Shown here: piece by piece, positions 56,824-64,000 of the stretch | How positions within the stretch are numbered: position 1 is the stretch's first letter | Layout: each line of letters begins with the position of its first letter | Assembly (NCBI RefSeq): GCF_900155735.1 | Contig: NZ_LT707059.1 | Coordinates: 466,171-530,170, forward strand | Direction of reading: 5' to 3' | Length of the DNA: 64,000 nt | Source of the DNA: Intestinibacillus massiliensis | GTDB lineage: Bacteria; Bacillota; Clostridia; Oscillospirales; Butyricicoccaceae | The notes under the pieces: model-generated | Databases searched by the model: none | The model's input: the letters and a program-made list of their open reading frames with translations, nothing else | What the model was told of the DNA's origin: nothing | Position numbers and translations under genes: made by a program

Positions 56824-57693
56824 ATGGATACAGTTTTTATCTGGCCGAACACCGGCAAAGACAATATCTGTGCAGCGATCGCAGAGTGCTATACCCTCCT
56901 GCATGGGGTGGGCGTGGCCGTAATCCTTCCCGAGGAGTGCCGCGCGTTGGGGCTGGAAGCGCCCTCCGCGCAGTACGCGACGCAGGAGCAGGGGATCGCG
57001 GCGTGCGATTTTATCGTGTCGCTGGGCGGCGATGGGACGATCCTGCGGATTGCGGATTTGGCCGCGCGGTACGGTAAGCCCCTGATCGGCGTAAACTTCG
57101 GCCATGTCGGTTTTATGACGGAACTGGAAGCCGGGGAAGCCTGCAAAATCGCAAAGATACTGGCGGGCAAGTACAGTATTGACAGCCGTATGATGCTGGA
57201 ACTGCGGGTGGTGCGCGACGGCGCGGTGCTGTTCTCGCAGACCGCCCTCAACGATGTGACCGTGACGAAAAGCAACCCGTTCCGCGTTATCCGGGTGGAT
57301 ATCCGCGCGGACGGCGTACCGGTCTCCTCCTTTTTGGGGGACGGTGTGATTATCGCAACGCCGACGGGCACGACCGCCTATTCGCTTTCGGCCGGCGGGC
57401 CGATCGTCGAACCTACGGCGGAAAATATTGTGGTTACACCGGTATGCGCGCACGATTTACAGGCAAAGTCCTTCGTATTCGCACCGGAACGGGAAATCTG
57501 CATTGCAGCCGTGGGGCCGGACCATTCCGGCGTGTGCGTGTCTGCGGACGGCCGCGGGGGCGTCGACCTGAAGCAGGGCGACCAGGTGATCGTGCGGAAA
57601 TCCAAACTTGCGACGCAGCTTATCCGCGTCAAGGGCAAGAGCTTTTATCATATTTTAAAGCATAAACTGTCCGATGGAGGGAACGTTTTATGA
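56824..57693 (+). CDS. nadK: NAD kinase
   Basis: GGDGT and NDVTV/TPTGTTAYSLSAGGP motifs. Confidence 0.9.
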   Translation: MDTVFIWPNTGKDNICAAIAECYTLLHGVGVAVILPEECRALGLEAPSAQYATQEQGIAACDFIVSLGGDGTILRIADLAARYGKPLIGVNFGHVGFMTELEAGEACKIAKILAGKYSIDSRMMLELRVVRDGAVLFSQTALNDVTVTKSNPFRVIRVDIRADGVPVSSFLGDGVIIATPTGTTAYSLSAGGPIVEPTAENIVVTPVCAHDLQAKSFVFAPEREICIAAVGPDHSGVCVSADGRGGVDLKQGDQVIVRKSKLATQLIRVKGKSFYHILKHKLSDGGNVL

Positions 57694-58145
57694 AATTCCA
57701 GCGGCAGGCACGCATTTTGGATTTAATCGAACAGCAGGAGATTGAAACGCAGGAGGAGCTATCCGAGCAGCTCCGCGCGCTTGGCTATAACACCACGCAG
57801 GCGACCGTTTCGCGGGATATCAAGGAACTGCGCCTCATTAAGATCCTGTCGGCGGAGACTGGGAAATATAAGTACGCGGCGGCTTCCACCGAGGTGGAAA
57901 ACAGCTTTACCACGCGCCTGCGGAACATCTTCCGCGAATGCGTCACTTCGATCGACGCGGCGCAGAATATGGTGGTGATCAAGACGTTGCCCGGGCTTGG
58001 GCAAGCGGCCGCAATGGCGATCGATGCCATGCGCGATTTGCGCGTCGTCGGCACGCTGGGCGGCGACGATACGGTGTTTGTCGTCATGCGGGACAGCGAG
58101 AGCGCGGCGCAGTTCTGCGCGGACGCTGGGGAACTGTTGCAGTAA
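57690..58145 (+). CDS. argR: Arginine repressor
   Basis: MKFQRQARILDLIEQQEIETQEELSEQL...ATVSRDIKEL wHTH and C-terminal oligomerisation domain. Confidence 0.9.
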   Translation: MKFQRQARILDLIEQQEIETQEELSEQLRALGYNTTQATVSRDIKELRLIKILSAETGKYKYAAASTEVENSFTTRLRNIFRECVTSIDAAQNMVVIKTLPGLGQAAAMAIDAMRDLRVVGTLGGDDTVFVVMRDSESAAQFCADAGELLQ

Positions 58146-58170
58146 ACCCGTCTGAAAGGGGGAAACGTAA

Positions 58171-59880
58171 ATGCTGAGCCTTTTGCATATTGAAAATATC
58201 GCGGTCATCGAGCAGGCGGACATCGAGCTTGGCGAAGGCCTTACCGTTTTGAGCGGCGAGACCGGCGCGGGCAAGTCCATCGTCATCGACGCAATCAGCG
58301 CGATCCTTGGGCAGCGGACAAGCCGTGAGCTGATACGCAGCGGCGCGCAAAAGGGGTTTGTAAGCGCGGTATTTACGGGCATCCCCACAGAGCTTATAAA
58401 AAAATTGCAGGAAATGGAGTTAAACGGCGATGAGGTTGACACGGTGCACGTCCAGCGTCAAATCTCCGCGGACGGAAAAAGCATCTGCCGGGTTAATATG
58501 CGCCCGGTCTCAGCTTCTGTTTTAAAGAGTCTCAGCCCGTATTTTATCAACATCCACGGGCAGCACGACGGGCAGAAGCTGATGGATGAACAATACCACA
58601 TTGAATTTTTAGACAATTTTGGCAATGCCGCGGCATTGCTCGCAGAATATACACCGCTTTACCAGCGCTTATTTGCCCTTAAGCGGCAAATTACCGAGCT
58701 GGATAAGAGCGAGCAGGAGCGGCTGCAGCGCATCGATATGCTGCGGTACCATGCGGAAGAAATCGAGGCCGCGGCGCTTGTGCCGGGCGAAGACGAGGCG
58801 CTGGCAGAAAAAAAGGCCGTGTTTGATAACGCGGGCAAGCTGCTGGGCGCGCTGGACGCCGCGTACCGCGCGCTCGACGGAGGCGACGAGGATACGCCCG
58901 GCGCGTGCGCGCTGCTGACGGTCGCATCCAACGAGATCTCGCAAATCAGCGGGGTTTCCGGCGAACTGCAAAGCCTATATGAGCGCGCGGAGGAGCTTAA
59001 ATACCTGGCGCTCGACCTGCGCGACAGCGTAAGCGCGCAGCAGTCCAAAATAGACTTTTCCCCGGAGGAAAGCGCGGCGGCCGAGGAACGGCTCGATACG
59101 ATTTATCGCCTCAAGCAAAAATACGGCGCGACGACGGAGGAAATCCTGGCGTACTATCAGGAAATCCAGCAGGAACTGGAAAAGCTGTCCTGCGCGGATG
59201 AAACGCGCGAACGCCTGCATGAGGAGTACAAAGCGGGCGTGGTGCAGGCCAAGGCGGTCGCCGCCCGCCTGACGGCATTGCGCAGGGAGGCGGCCGCCAA
59301 GCTGGAGAAGCGCATTGTGGCGGAACTTGCCGACCTGGATATGGCGCGTACGCGGTTTGAGATCCGCATTGAAACCGGTACCAGGCTGACGGCGCACGGA
59401 ATGGACACGGTCGCCTTCCTGATTTCGGTCAACCCGGGCGAGCCGGTAAAGCCGCTCTCAAAGGTGGCCTCAGGCGGCGAATTGTCCCGCGTTATGCTGG
59501 CCATGAAAAATGTGTTGACGGCGGGCGAAGCGGTCGGCACATTGATTTTTGACGAAATCGATACCGGCGTGAGCGGACGGGCGGCGCAGAAGATCGCGCG
59601 TAAGCTGGCGTCCATCGCGCAGAAAAAGCAGACGCTTTGCGTCACCCACCTGCCGCAGATCGCGGCAATGGGGGACAGCCACCTGCTGATTGCGAAATCT
59701 GTGCGTGAAGGGCGGAGCTATACCGATGTCACGCCGCTGGCACAGGACGCGCGGGTAAATGAGGTCGCGCGCATGATTTCAGGGGATAACATTACGGAAA
59801 CGACGCGCAGCAGCGCCAAGGAACTATTGGACGCGGCTGCCGCAAGCAAAAAGAGGAGAATAAATGATGTTGGTTTTTGA
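58171..59880 (+). CDS. recN: DNA repair protein RecN
   Basis: 569 aa SMC-like, GETGAGKS Walker A, coiled coil, LSGGE signature. Confidence 0.9.
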   Translation: MLSLLHIENIAVIEQADIELGEGLTVLSGETGAGKSIVIDAISAILGQRTSRELIRSGAQKGFVSAVFTGIPTELIKKLQEMELNGDEVDTVHVQRQISADGKSICRVNMRPVSASVLKSLSPYFINIHGQHDGQKLMDEQYHIEFLDNFGNAAALLAEYTPLYQRLFALKRQITELDKSEQERLQRIDMLRYHAEEIEAAALVPGEDEALAEKKAVFDNAGKLLGALDAAYRALDGGDEDTPGACALLTVASNEISQISGVSGELQSLYERAEELKYLALDLRDSVSAQQSKIDFSPEESAAAEERLDTIYRLKQKYGATTEEILAYYQEIQQELEKLSCADETRERLHEEYKAGVVQAKAVAARLTALRREAAAKLEKRIVAELADLDMARTRFEIRIETGTRLTAHGMDTVAFLISVNPGEPVKPLSKVASGGELSRVMLAMKNVLTAGEAVGTLIFDEIDTGVSGRAAQKIARKLASIAQKKQTLCVTHLPQIAAMGDSHLLIAKSVREGRSYTDVTPLAQDARVNEVARMISGDNITETTRSSAKELLDAAAASKKRRINDVGF

Positions 59881-61099
59881 AGAGCTAAAACAGAGAGGGC
59901 TGATCGCCCAGTGCACGAATGAGGAAAAGGTCCGCGACCTGCTGGATAACCACACGGGCGTACCGTTCTATATCGGGTTTGACGCGACGGCGGACAGCCT
60001 GCATGTCGGCCACTTCCTGCAGCTTGTCGTCATGAGCCGCATGCAGAAAGCCGGCCACAAGCCGATCGCCCTGATCGGCGGCGCGACGACGATGATCGGC
60101 GACCCGACGGGCAAGACCGATATGCGAAAGATGCTGACGCGTGAGGAAATCGACCACAACGCCGAGTGTTTCCGCAGGCAGATGCGCCGCCTGGTTGATT
60201 TTTCTGAGGGCAAGGCCGTGATGGTCAACAACGCGGACTGGATATTGCCGTTTAACTACATGGAGTTCCTGCGCGAGGTCGGCGTGCATTTCTCGGTAAA
60301 CCGCATGCTGACGGCCGAGTGCTTCAAGTCCCGCCTGGAAGGCAAGGGGCTTAGCTTCCTGGAATTCAACTACATGCTGCTGCAGTCCTACGATTTCCTG
60401 CACCTGTACCGTACGATGGGCTGTAAGCTTGAGCTAGGCGGCGACGACCAATGGTCAAACATCATCAACGGCGCCGACCTTATCCGCCGCGTGGACGGCA
60501 AGGACGACGCTTACGGCATGACGTTCACCCTGCTCACCACCTCTGAGGGCAAAAAGATGGGCAAGACCGAGAAGGGCGCGGTCTGGCTCGACCCGGAAAA
60601 GACCACGCCGTATGAGTTTTTCCAGTACTGGCGCAATATTGACGACGCCGACGTGATCAAGGTCATGAAGCTGCTGACCTTTATGCCGCTTGAGGAAATC
60701 GCGGCCTACGAAAAGCTGGAGGGCAGCCAGCTTAACAGCGCGAAGGAGAAGCTTGCGCACGAGCTGACCGCGATGGTGCACGGCCAGGAAGAGGCCGACA
60801 AGGCGCTGGAGGCGGCAAAGGCGGTATTTGGCGGCGGCGTATCCAGCGAGAATATGCCGACGACCGAGCTTACGCCCGACGATTTTGAAGATGGCGTGAT
60901 TGGCATCCTCAGCCTGCTGGTCAAGTGCGGCCTGGCCGCGTCGAACGGTGAAGCGCGCAAGCTCGTCCAGGGCGGCGGCGTTTCGATCGACGGCGAAAAG
61001 GTCGCTGATCCCAAGGCCACGGTTGCAAAGGGCAGCTTTAATGGGGAAAAGATCATTAAGAAGGGCAAAAAGACCTTCCATAAGGTCGTCCTGAGGTAA
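59864..61099 (+). CDS. tyrS: Tyrosine--tRNA ligase
   Basis: HVGH (HIGH) and KMGKT (KMSKS) motifs, C-terminal S4 domain. Start overlaps the recN 3' end by 17 nt. AAGAGGAG RBS inside recN. Confidence 0.9.
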   Translation: MMLVFEELKQRGLIAQCTNEEKVRDLLDNHTGVPFYIGFDATADSLHVGHFLQLVVMSRMQKAGHKPIALIGGATTMIGDPTGKTDMRKMLTREEIDHNAECFRRQMRRLVDFSEGKAVMVNNADWILPFNYMEFLREVGVHFSVNRMLTAECFKSRLEGKGLSFLEFNYMLLQSYDFLHLYRTMGCKLELGGDDQWSNIINGADLIRRVDGKDDAYGMTFTLLTTSEGKKMGKTEKGAVWLDPEKTTPYEFFQYWRNIDDADVIKVMKLLTFMPLEEIAAYEKLEGSQLNSAKEKLAHELTAMVHGQEEADKALEAAKAVFGGGVSSENMPTTELTPDDFEDGVIGILSLLVKCGLAASNGEARKLVQGGGVSIDGEKVADPKATVAKGSFNGEKIIKKGKKTFHKVVLR

Positions 61100-61107
61100 A
61101 TACGGAT

Positions 61108-61140
61108 GGGGCGGAACGTTGTTCCGCCCCGTTTTTTTTA
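61108..61140 (+). terminator. Intrinsic terminator after tyrS
   Basis: GGGGCGGAAC-gtt-GTTCCGCCCC followed by GTTTTTTTT. Confidence 0.75.
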
Positions 61141-61194
61141 TGTCGCGGATGTGGCCGGTTTGTGAAGTGTTTGCAAACAATCCTTCCTGGAGAT

Positions 61195-61223
61195 TGACAA
61201 AAGATGCATTAGCATATAATATC
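61195..61223 (+). promoter_or_regulatory. Sigma70-like promoter of marR-ftsH unit
   Basis: TTGACA, 17 nt, TAATAT. Confidence 0.45.
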
Positions 61224-61253
61224 TCTATCATAAAGGAAAGAAGGTGCCGCCTT

Positions 61254-61739
61254 GTGACGGGAGTATTGCTAAAAGACCGGCTGTATCATTTCCGGAATGA
61301 CATGGAGGACGCGTTTGACAGTATTTTTGCCCCCATCGCCGAAACGGAGGGGCTAACCCAGGCGCAGGCGCAGCTCCTGTTTGAGTTGTCCGGCCATGAC
61401 GGCGAGCTGACCGTCGGCCGGATCCGCTGCCTGCGCGGCCAAAGCAGCGGCAACCGCTCCACGCTGTGCAAGCGGATGGAGCAGCGCGGCTACCTGGCTA
61501 GGCAACGGAGCTGCGCGGACGAGCGCTGTGTGGTGCTGCATCTGACGGCGCAGGGCTGGGAAACGGTGCGGCGTATGGAAGCGCACCTTGAGAAACGGTG
61601 TGCGCCGTTCCTGGGCAGCATGACGGAGGCCGACGCGCAAAAGCTCCAGGAAAGTATAGATATCCTATCCGGCTGGATTGGGACGCTGGTGGCATGTATG
61701 TCGGAAAGGATCGATCAAAATGATAAAGAAAAACAATAA
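61254..61739 (+). CDS. MarR family transcriptional regulator
   Basis: GTG start after AAGGAAAGAAGG. wHTH pattern (LTQAQAQLLFELSGHDGELTVGRI...RSTLCKRMEQRGYLAR). 3' end overlaps the ftsH start. Confidence 0.7.
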   Translation: MTGVLLKDRLYHFRNDMEDAFDSIFAPIAETEGLTQAQAQLLFELSGHDGELTVGRIRCLRGQSSGNRSTLCKRMEQRGYLARQRSCADERCVVLHLTAQGWETVRRMEAHLEKRCAPFLGSMTEADAQKLQESIDILSGWIGTLVACMSERIDQNDKEKQ

Positions 61740-63570
61740 GAATCCCAAGCGCTCGCTGTTTTATTATTACGGGGTTGCGCTGCTGATTATTTTTGCGCTC
61801 AACTTCTTGGTTTTGCCGATGTTTACGACGCCAGAGACAGAATCGGTGCCGTATAACGAGTTTGTCGATATGATCGCAAACGGCGAGGTTTCACAGGTCG
61901 AAATCCAGAATGAGAAAAACCAGATCGTATTCCTAACCAAGGAAGACGGGAAGGAAACGCCGAAAAAGCCTTCGCTGTTTGATAAGCCGCAGAAAGTCTA
62001 TGTGACCAGCAGCGTAGGCGACCCCGACCTGGTGCAGCGGCTGCTGGACAGCAAAGTGAAATTCAGCGCAATTTGGCCGGAGCCGCCGTCCCTGCTCTGG
62101 ACGACCATTGTGCCAATTGCCGCCATGCTCCTGCTCGGCTGGCTGCTGACGCGCTCCATGCAGAAAAAGATGGCGGGCAACGTCATGAGCTTTGGCAAAT
62201 CGAACGCCAAGGTATATGTCGAGGCACAGACGGGCAAGACGTTTGCCGATGTGGCGGGACAGGATGAGGCCAAAGAAGCCCTGACCGAAATTGTCGACTT
62301 CCTGCACAACCCGGATAAATATGCTTCCATCGGCGCCAAGCTGCCGAAGGGCGCGCTTTTGGTCGGCCCTCCGGGTACCGGTAAAACCCTGCTGGCAAAG
62401 GCCGTTGCAGGTGAGGCGCATGTGCCGTTTTTCTCGATTTCAGGTTCTGAATTTGTGGAAATGTTCGTCGGTATGGGCGCGGCTAAAGTGCGCGACCTCT
62501 TCAAACAGGCGAACGAGAAGGCGCCCTGCATCGTGTTTATCGACGAGATCGACACGATCGGCAAAAAACGCGAGACCGGCGGCATGGGCGGCAACGACGA
62601 ACGTGAGCAGACGCTCAATCAGCTGCTCGCCGAAATGGACGGCTTCGACGGGCGCAAGGGCGTCGTAATCCTCGCGGCCACCAACCGTCCGGAATCCCTC
62701 GACCCAGCGCTCCTGCGCCCGGGACGGTTCGATCGCCGCATCCCGGTGGAACTGCCAGACCTCAAGGGGCGCGAAGCAATCCTGAAGGTGCATGCAAAGG
62801 CCGTAATCATGCAGCAGCCGATCGACTTTAACGCAATTGCCTGCGCAACCGCCGGGGCTTCTGGCGCGGAGCTGGAAAATATCATTAATGAGGCCGCGCT
62901 CCGCGCCGTGCGGCTCGGCCGCAGCGCGCTGAACCAAAGCGACCTGGAGGAAAGCGTAGAAACGGTGATTGCAGGCGCGCAGCGCAAGAATGCGGTCATT
63001 TCGCAGAAGGAAAAAGAAATCGTGGCATACCACGAGATCGGCCATGCGCTGGTGGCGGCCAAACAGTCGGATTCCGCACCGGTGCATAAGATCACGATCA
63101 TCCCGCGCACGTCAGGCGCCCTCGGCTACACGATGCAGGTGGAAGAGGGGGAACACATGCTGATGAGCCGGGACGAGGCCTTCAATAAGATCGCGACCTT
63201 TACCGGCGGGCGCGCCGCGGAGGAACTGATCTTCGGCTCGGTTACGACTGGCGCGGCCAATGATATCGAGCAGGCCACAAAGTTGGCGCGCGCCATGGTT
63301 ACGCGCTACGGCATGAGCCGCGAGTTTGACATGGTAGCGCTCGAAACCGTGCAAAACGCCTACCTCGGCGGGGACGCCTCGCTCACGTGCTCCGCGGAGA
63401 CGGCGGCGCAAATCGACCGCGAGGTCGTTTCCCTTGTCAAGGAGGCGCATACCAAGGCGGTTTCCATCCTCAAGGAAAACTTGGATCTGCTGCACAAGCT
63501 GTCCCACCACTTATTGGAGCAGGAAACCATCACCGGCGAGCAGTTTATGGCAATCTTGCGCGAAGGATAA
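61720..63570 (+). CDS. ftsH: ATP-dependent zinc metalloprotease FtsH
   Basis: Two N-terminal TM helices, AAA module [20 protein letters not shown] zinc motif. Confidence 0.9.
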   Translation: MIKKNNKNPKRSLFYYYGVALLIIFALNFLVLPMFTTPETESVPYNEFVDMIANGEVSQVEIQNEKNQIVFLTKEDGKETPKKPSLFDKPQKVYVTSSVGDPDLVQRLLDSKVKFSAIWPEPPSLLWTTIVPIAAMLLLGWLLTRSMQKKMAGNVMSFGKSNAKVYVEAQTGKTFADVAGQDEAKEALTEIVDFLHNPDKYASIGAKLPKGALLVGPPGTGKTLLAKAVAGEAHVPFFSISGSEFVEMFVGMGAAKVRDLFKQANEKAPCIVFIDEIDTIGKKRETGGMGGNDEREQTLNQLLAEMDGFDGRKGVVILAATNRPESLDPALLRPGRFDRRIPVELPDLKGREAILKVHAKAVIMQQPIDFNAIACATAGASGAELENIINEAALRAVRLGRSALNQSDLEESVETVIAGAQRKNAVISQKEKEIVAYHEIGHALVAAKQSDSAPVHKITIIPRTSGALGYTMQVEEGEHMLMSRDEAFNKIATFTGGRAAEELIFGSVTTGAANDIEQATKLARAMVTRYGMSREFDMVALETVQNAYLGGDASLTCSAETAAQIDREVVSLVKEAHTKAVSILKENLDLLHKLSHHLLEQETITGEQFMAILREG

Positions 63571-63578
63571 AGCGAAGC

Positions 63579-63618
63579 AAAAAGCCTGCTGCCTGTATAA
63601 CAGGCAGCAGGCTTTTGT
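63579..63618. terminator. Bidirectional intrinsic terminator
   Basis: AAAAGCCTGCTGCCTG-tataa-CAGGCAGCAGGCTTTT between ftsH and the convergent permease gene. Confidence 0.75.
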
Positions 63619-63632
63619 ATTCGCCGGAAAGC

Positions 63633-64000
63633 TTAAACGATGGTCCAGAAATACAGGATGCAGACGGCGATCAGCGCGTACATGGCCTTCGGCACTTCGC
63701 GGACGCGGCCGGAAGCCAGCTTCAGGATCAGGTAAACCGGCAGCGCGACACAGATGCCGTTGGCGATATTGTTTGCAAAAATCGTGAACGCAACACAGAT
63801 GAAAGCGGGGAAGCTTTCGGTAAAATCATCAAAATGGATGTTGCGCAGGGAACTCATCATGCCGACGCCGATGATGATGAGCGCCGGGGCGGTGGCCGCG
63901 GACGGGATCATCAGCGCGATCGGGGTCAGCAGCAGCATAAACGCAAAACATACCGAGGTCGAAACGGCGGTCAGGCCGGTTTTGCCGCCTGCTTCCACGC
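63633..64000 (-). CDS. NCS2 family nucleobase permease (AzgA/xanthine-uracil permease-like), C-terminal part; N-terminus beyond window
   Basis: Minus-strand ORF of hydrophobic TM segments ending ...ILYFWTIV. Continues past position 64000. Confidence 0.7.
   Translation of the reverse strand, partial: VEAGGKTGLTAVSTSVCFAFMLLLTPIALMIPSAATAPALIIIGVGMMSSLRNIHFDDFTESFPAFICVAFTIFANNIANGICVALPVYLILKLASGRVREVPKAMYALIAVCILYFWTIV

Noticed and set aside
59600-59863. T-box riboswitch upstream of tyrS
   Set aside because: The region is entirely recN coding sequence and tyrS overlaps the recN stop. No specifier or T-box fold is possible.
1-64000. CRISPR arrays, IS elements, integrases, prophage or defence-island genes
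   Set aside because: No tandem direct repeats with spacers were found, and no transposase, recombinase, restriction-modification or known defence-system proteins. Every sizeable ORF was assigned to a metabolic, housekeeping or sporulation function.

Overview
This window is a high-GC (about 60%) Firmicutes/Clostridia chromosomal segment with dense, mostly housekeeping coding on both strands. By inference from gene content it comes from an endospore-forming anaerobe, possibly Oscillospiraceae-like, but that placement cannot be verified here. No rRNA, tRNA, CRISPR array, transposase or integrase is visible.

Left to right the window holds:
- a MarR gene running off the left edge, then a MATE efflux pump and a P-loop NTPase of unknown function;
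- a Gfo/Idh/MocA oxidoreductase + xylose-isomerase-like TIM-barrel cassette with a divergent AraC regulator;
- an alternative polyamine operon (carboxy(nor)spermidine dehydrogenase and decarboxylase);
- htpG preceded by a CIRCE-like operator;
- a DagK-like lipid kinase, a heterodimeric ABC exporter pair, glgB and rubrerythrin;
- a TM1266-like small regulator coupled to an NMT1-type ABC importer;
- a SAM methyltransferase, a Cys-rich small protein and a polysaccharide deacetylase;
- an [FeFe] hydrogenase operon (HydA plus a NuoF/GltD-like flavoprotein);
- DedA, Crp/Fnr, thioredoxin, flotillin and NfeD;
- a second MATE pump behind an AT-rich leader;
- a YesM/YesN-type sensor kinase, response regulator and solute-binding protein triad next to an SLH-anchored tandem esterase;
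- a complete spoIIIAA-AH operon;
- a syntenic block Asp23-nusB-xseA-xseB-ispA-(about 0.68 kb non-coding)-4-TM protein-dxs-tlyA-nadK-argR-recN-tyrS, followed by MarR, ftsH and a partial NCS2 permease.

The most notable element is the GC-rich, ORF-free interval between ispA and dxs (about 52820-53495). It carries its own promoter and terminator and precedes a 4-TM membrane protein. That matches the canonical ole-oapA context of OLE (ornate large extremophilic) RNA, so I interpret it as an unannotated large structured ncRNA locus. OLE itself is a described RNA class, so what is new here is the unannotated locus rather than a previously undescribed system. This call rests on context, composition and absence of coding potential. 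I could not align it to the OLE consensus without tools.

Secondary points of interest:
- HydA plus a NuoF-4Fe4S/GltD fusion partner (hydrogenase group A2-like arrangement);
- CIRCE upstream of htpG;
- tyrS translationally coupled to recN with no T-box leader;
- a pseudo-esterase domain in the SLH esterase;
- a perfect 38-nt palindrome downstream of the second MATE gene.
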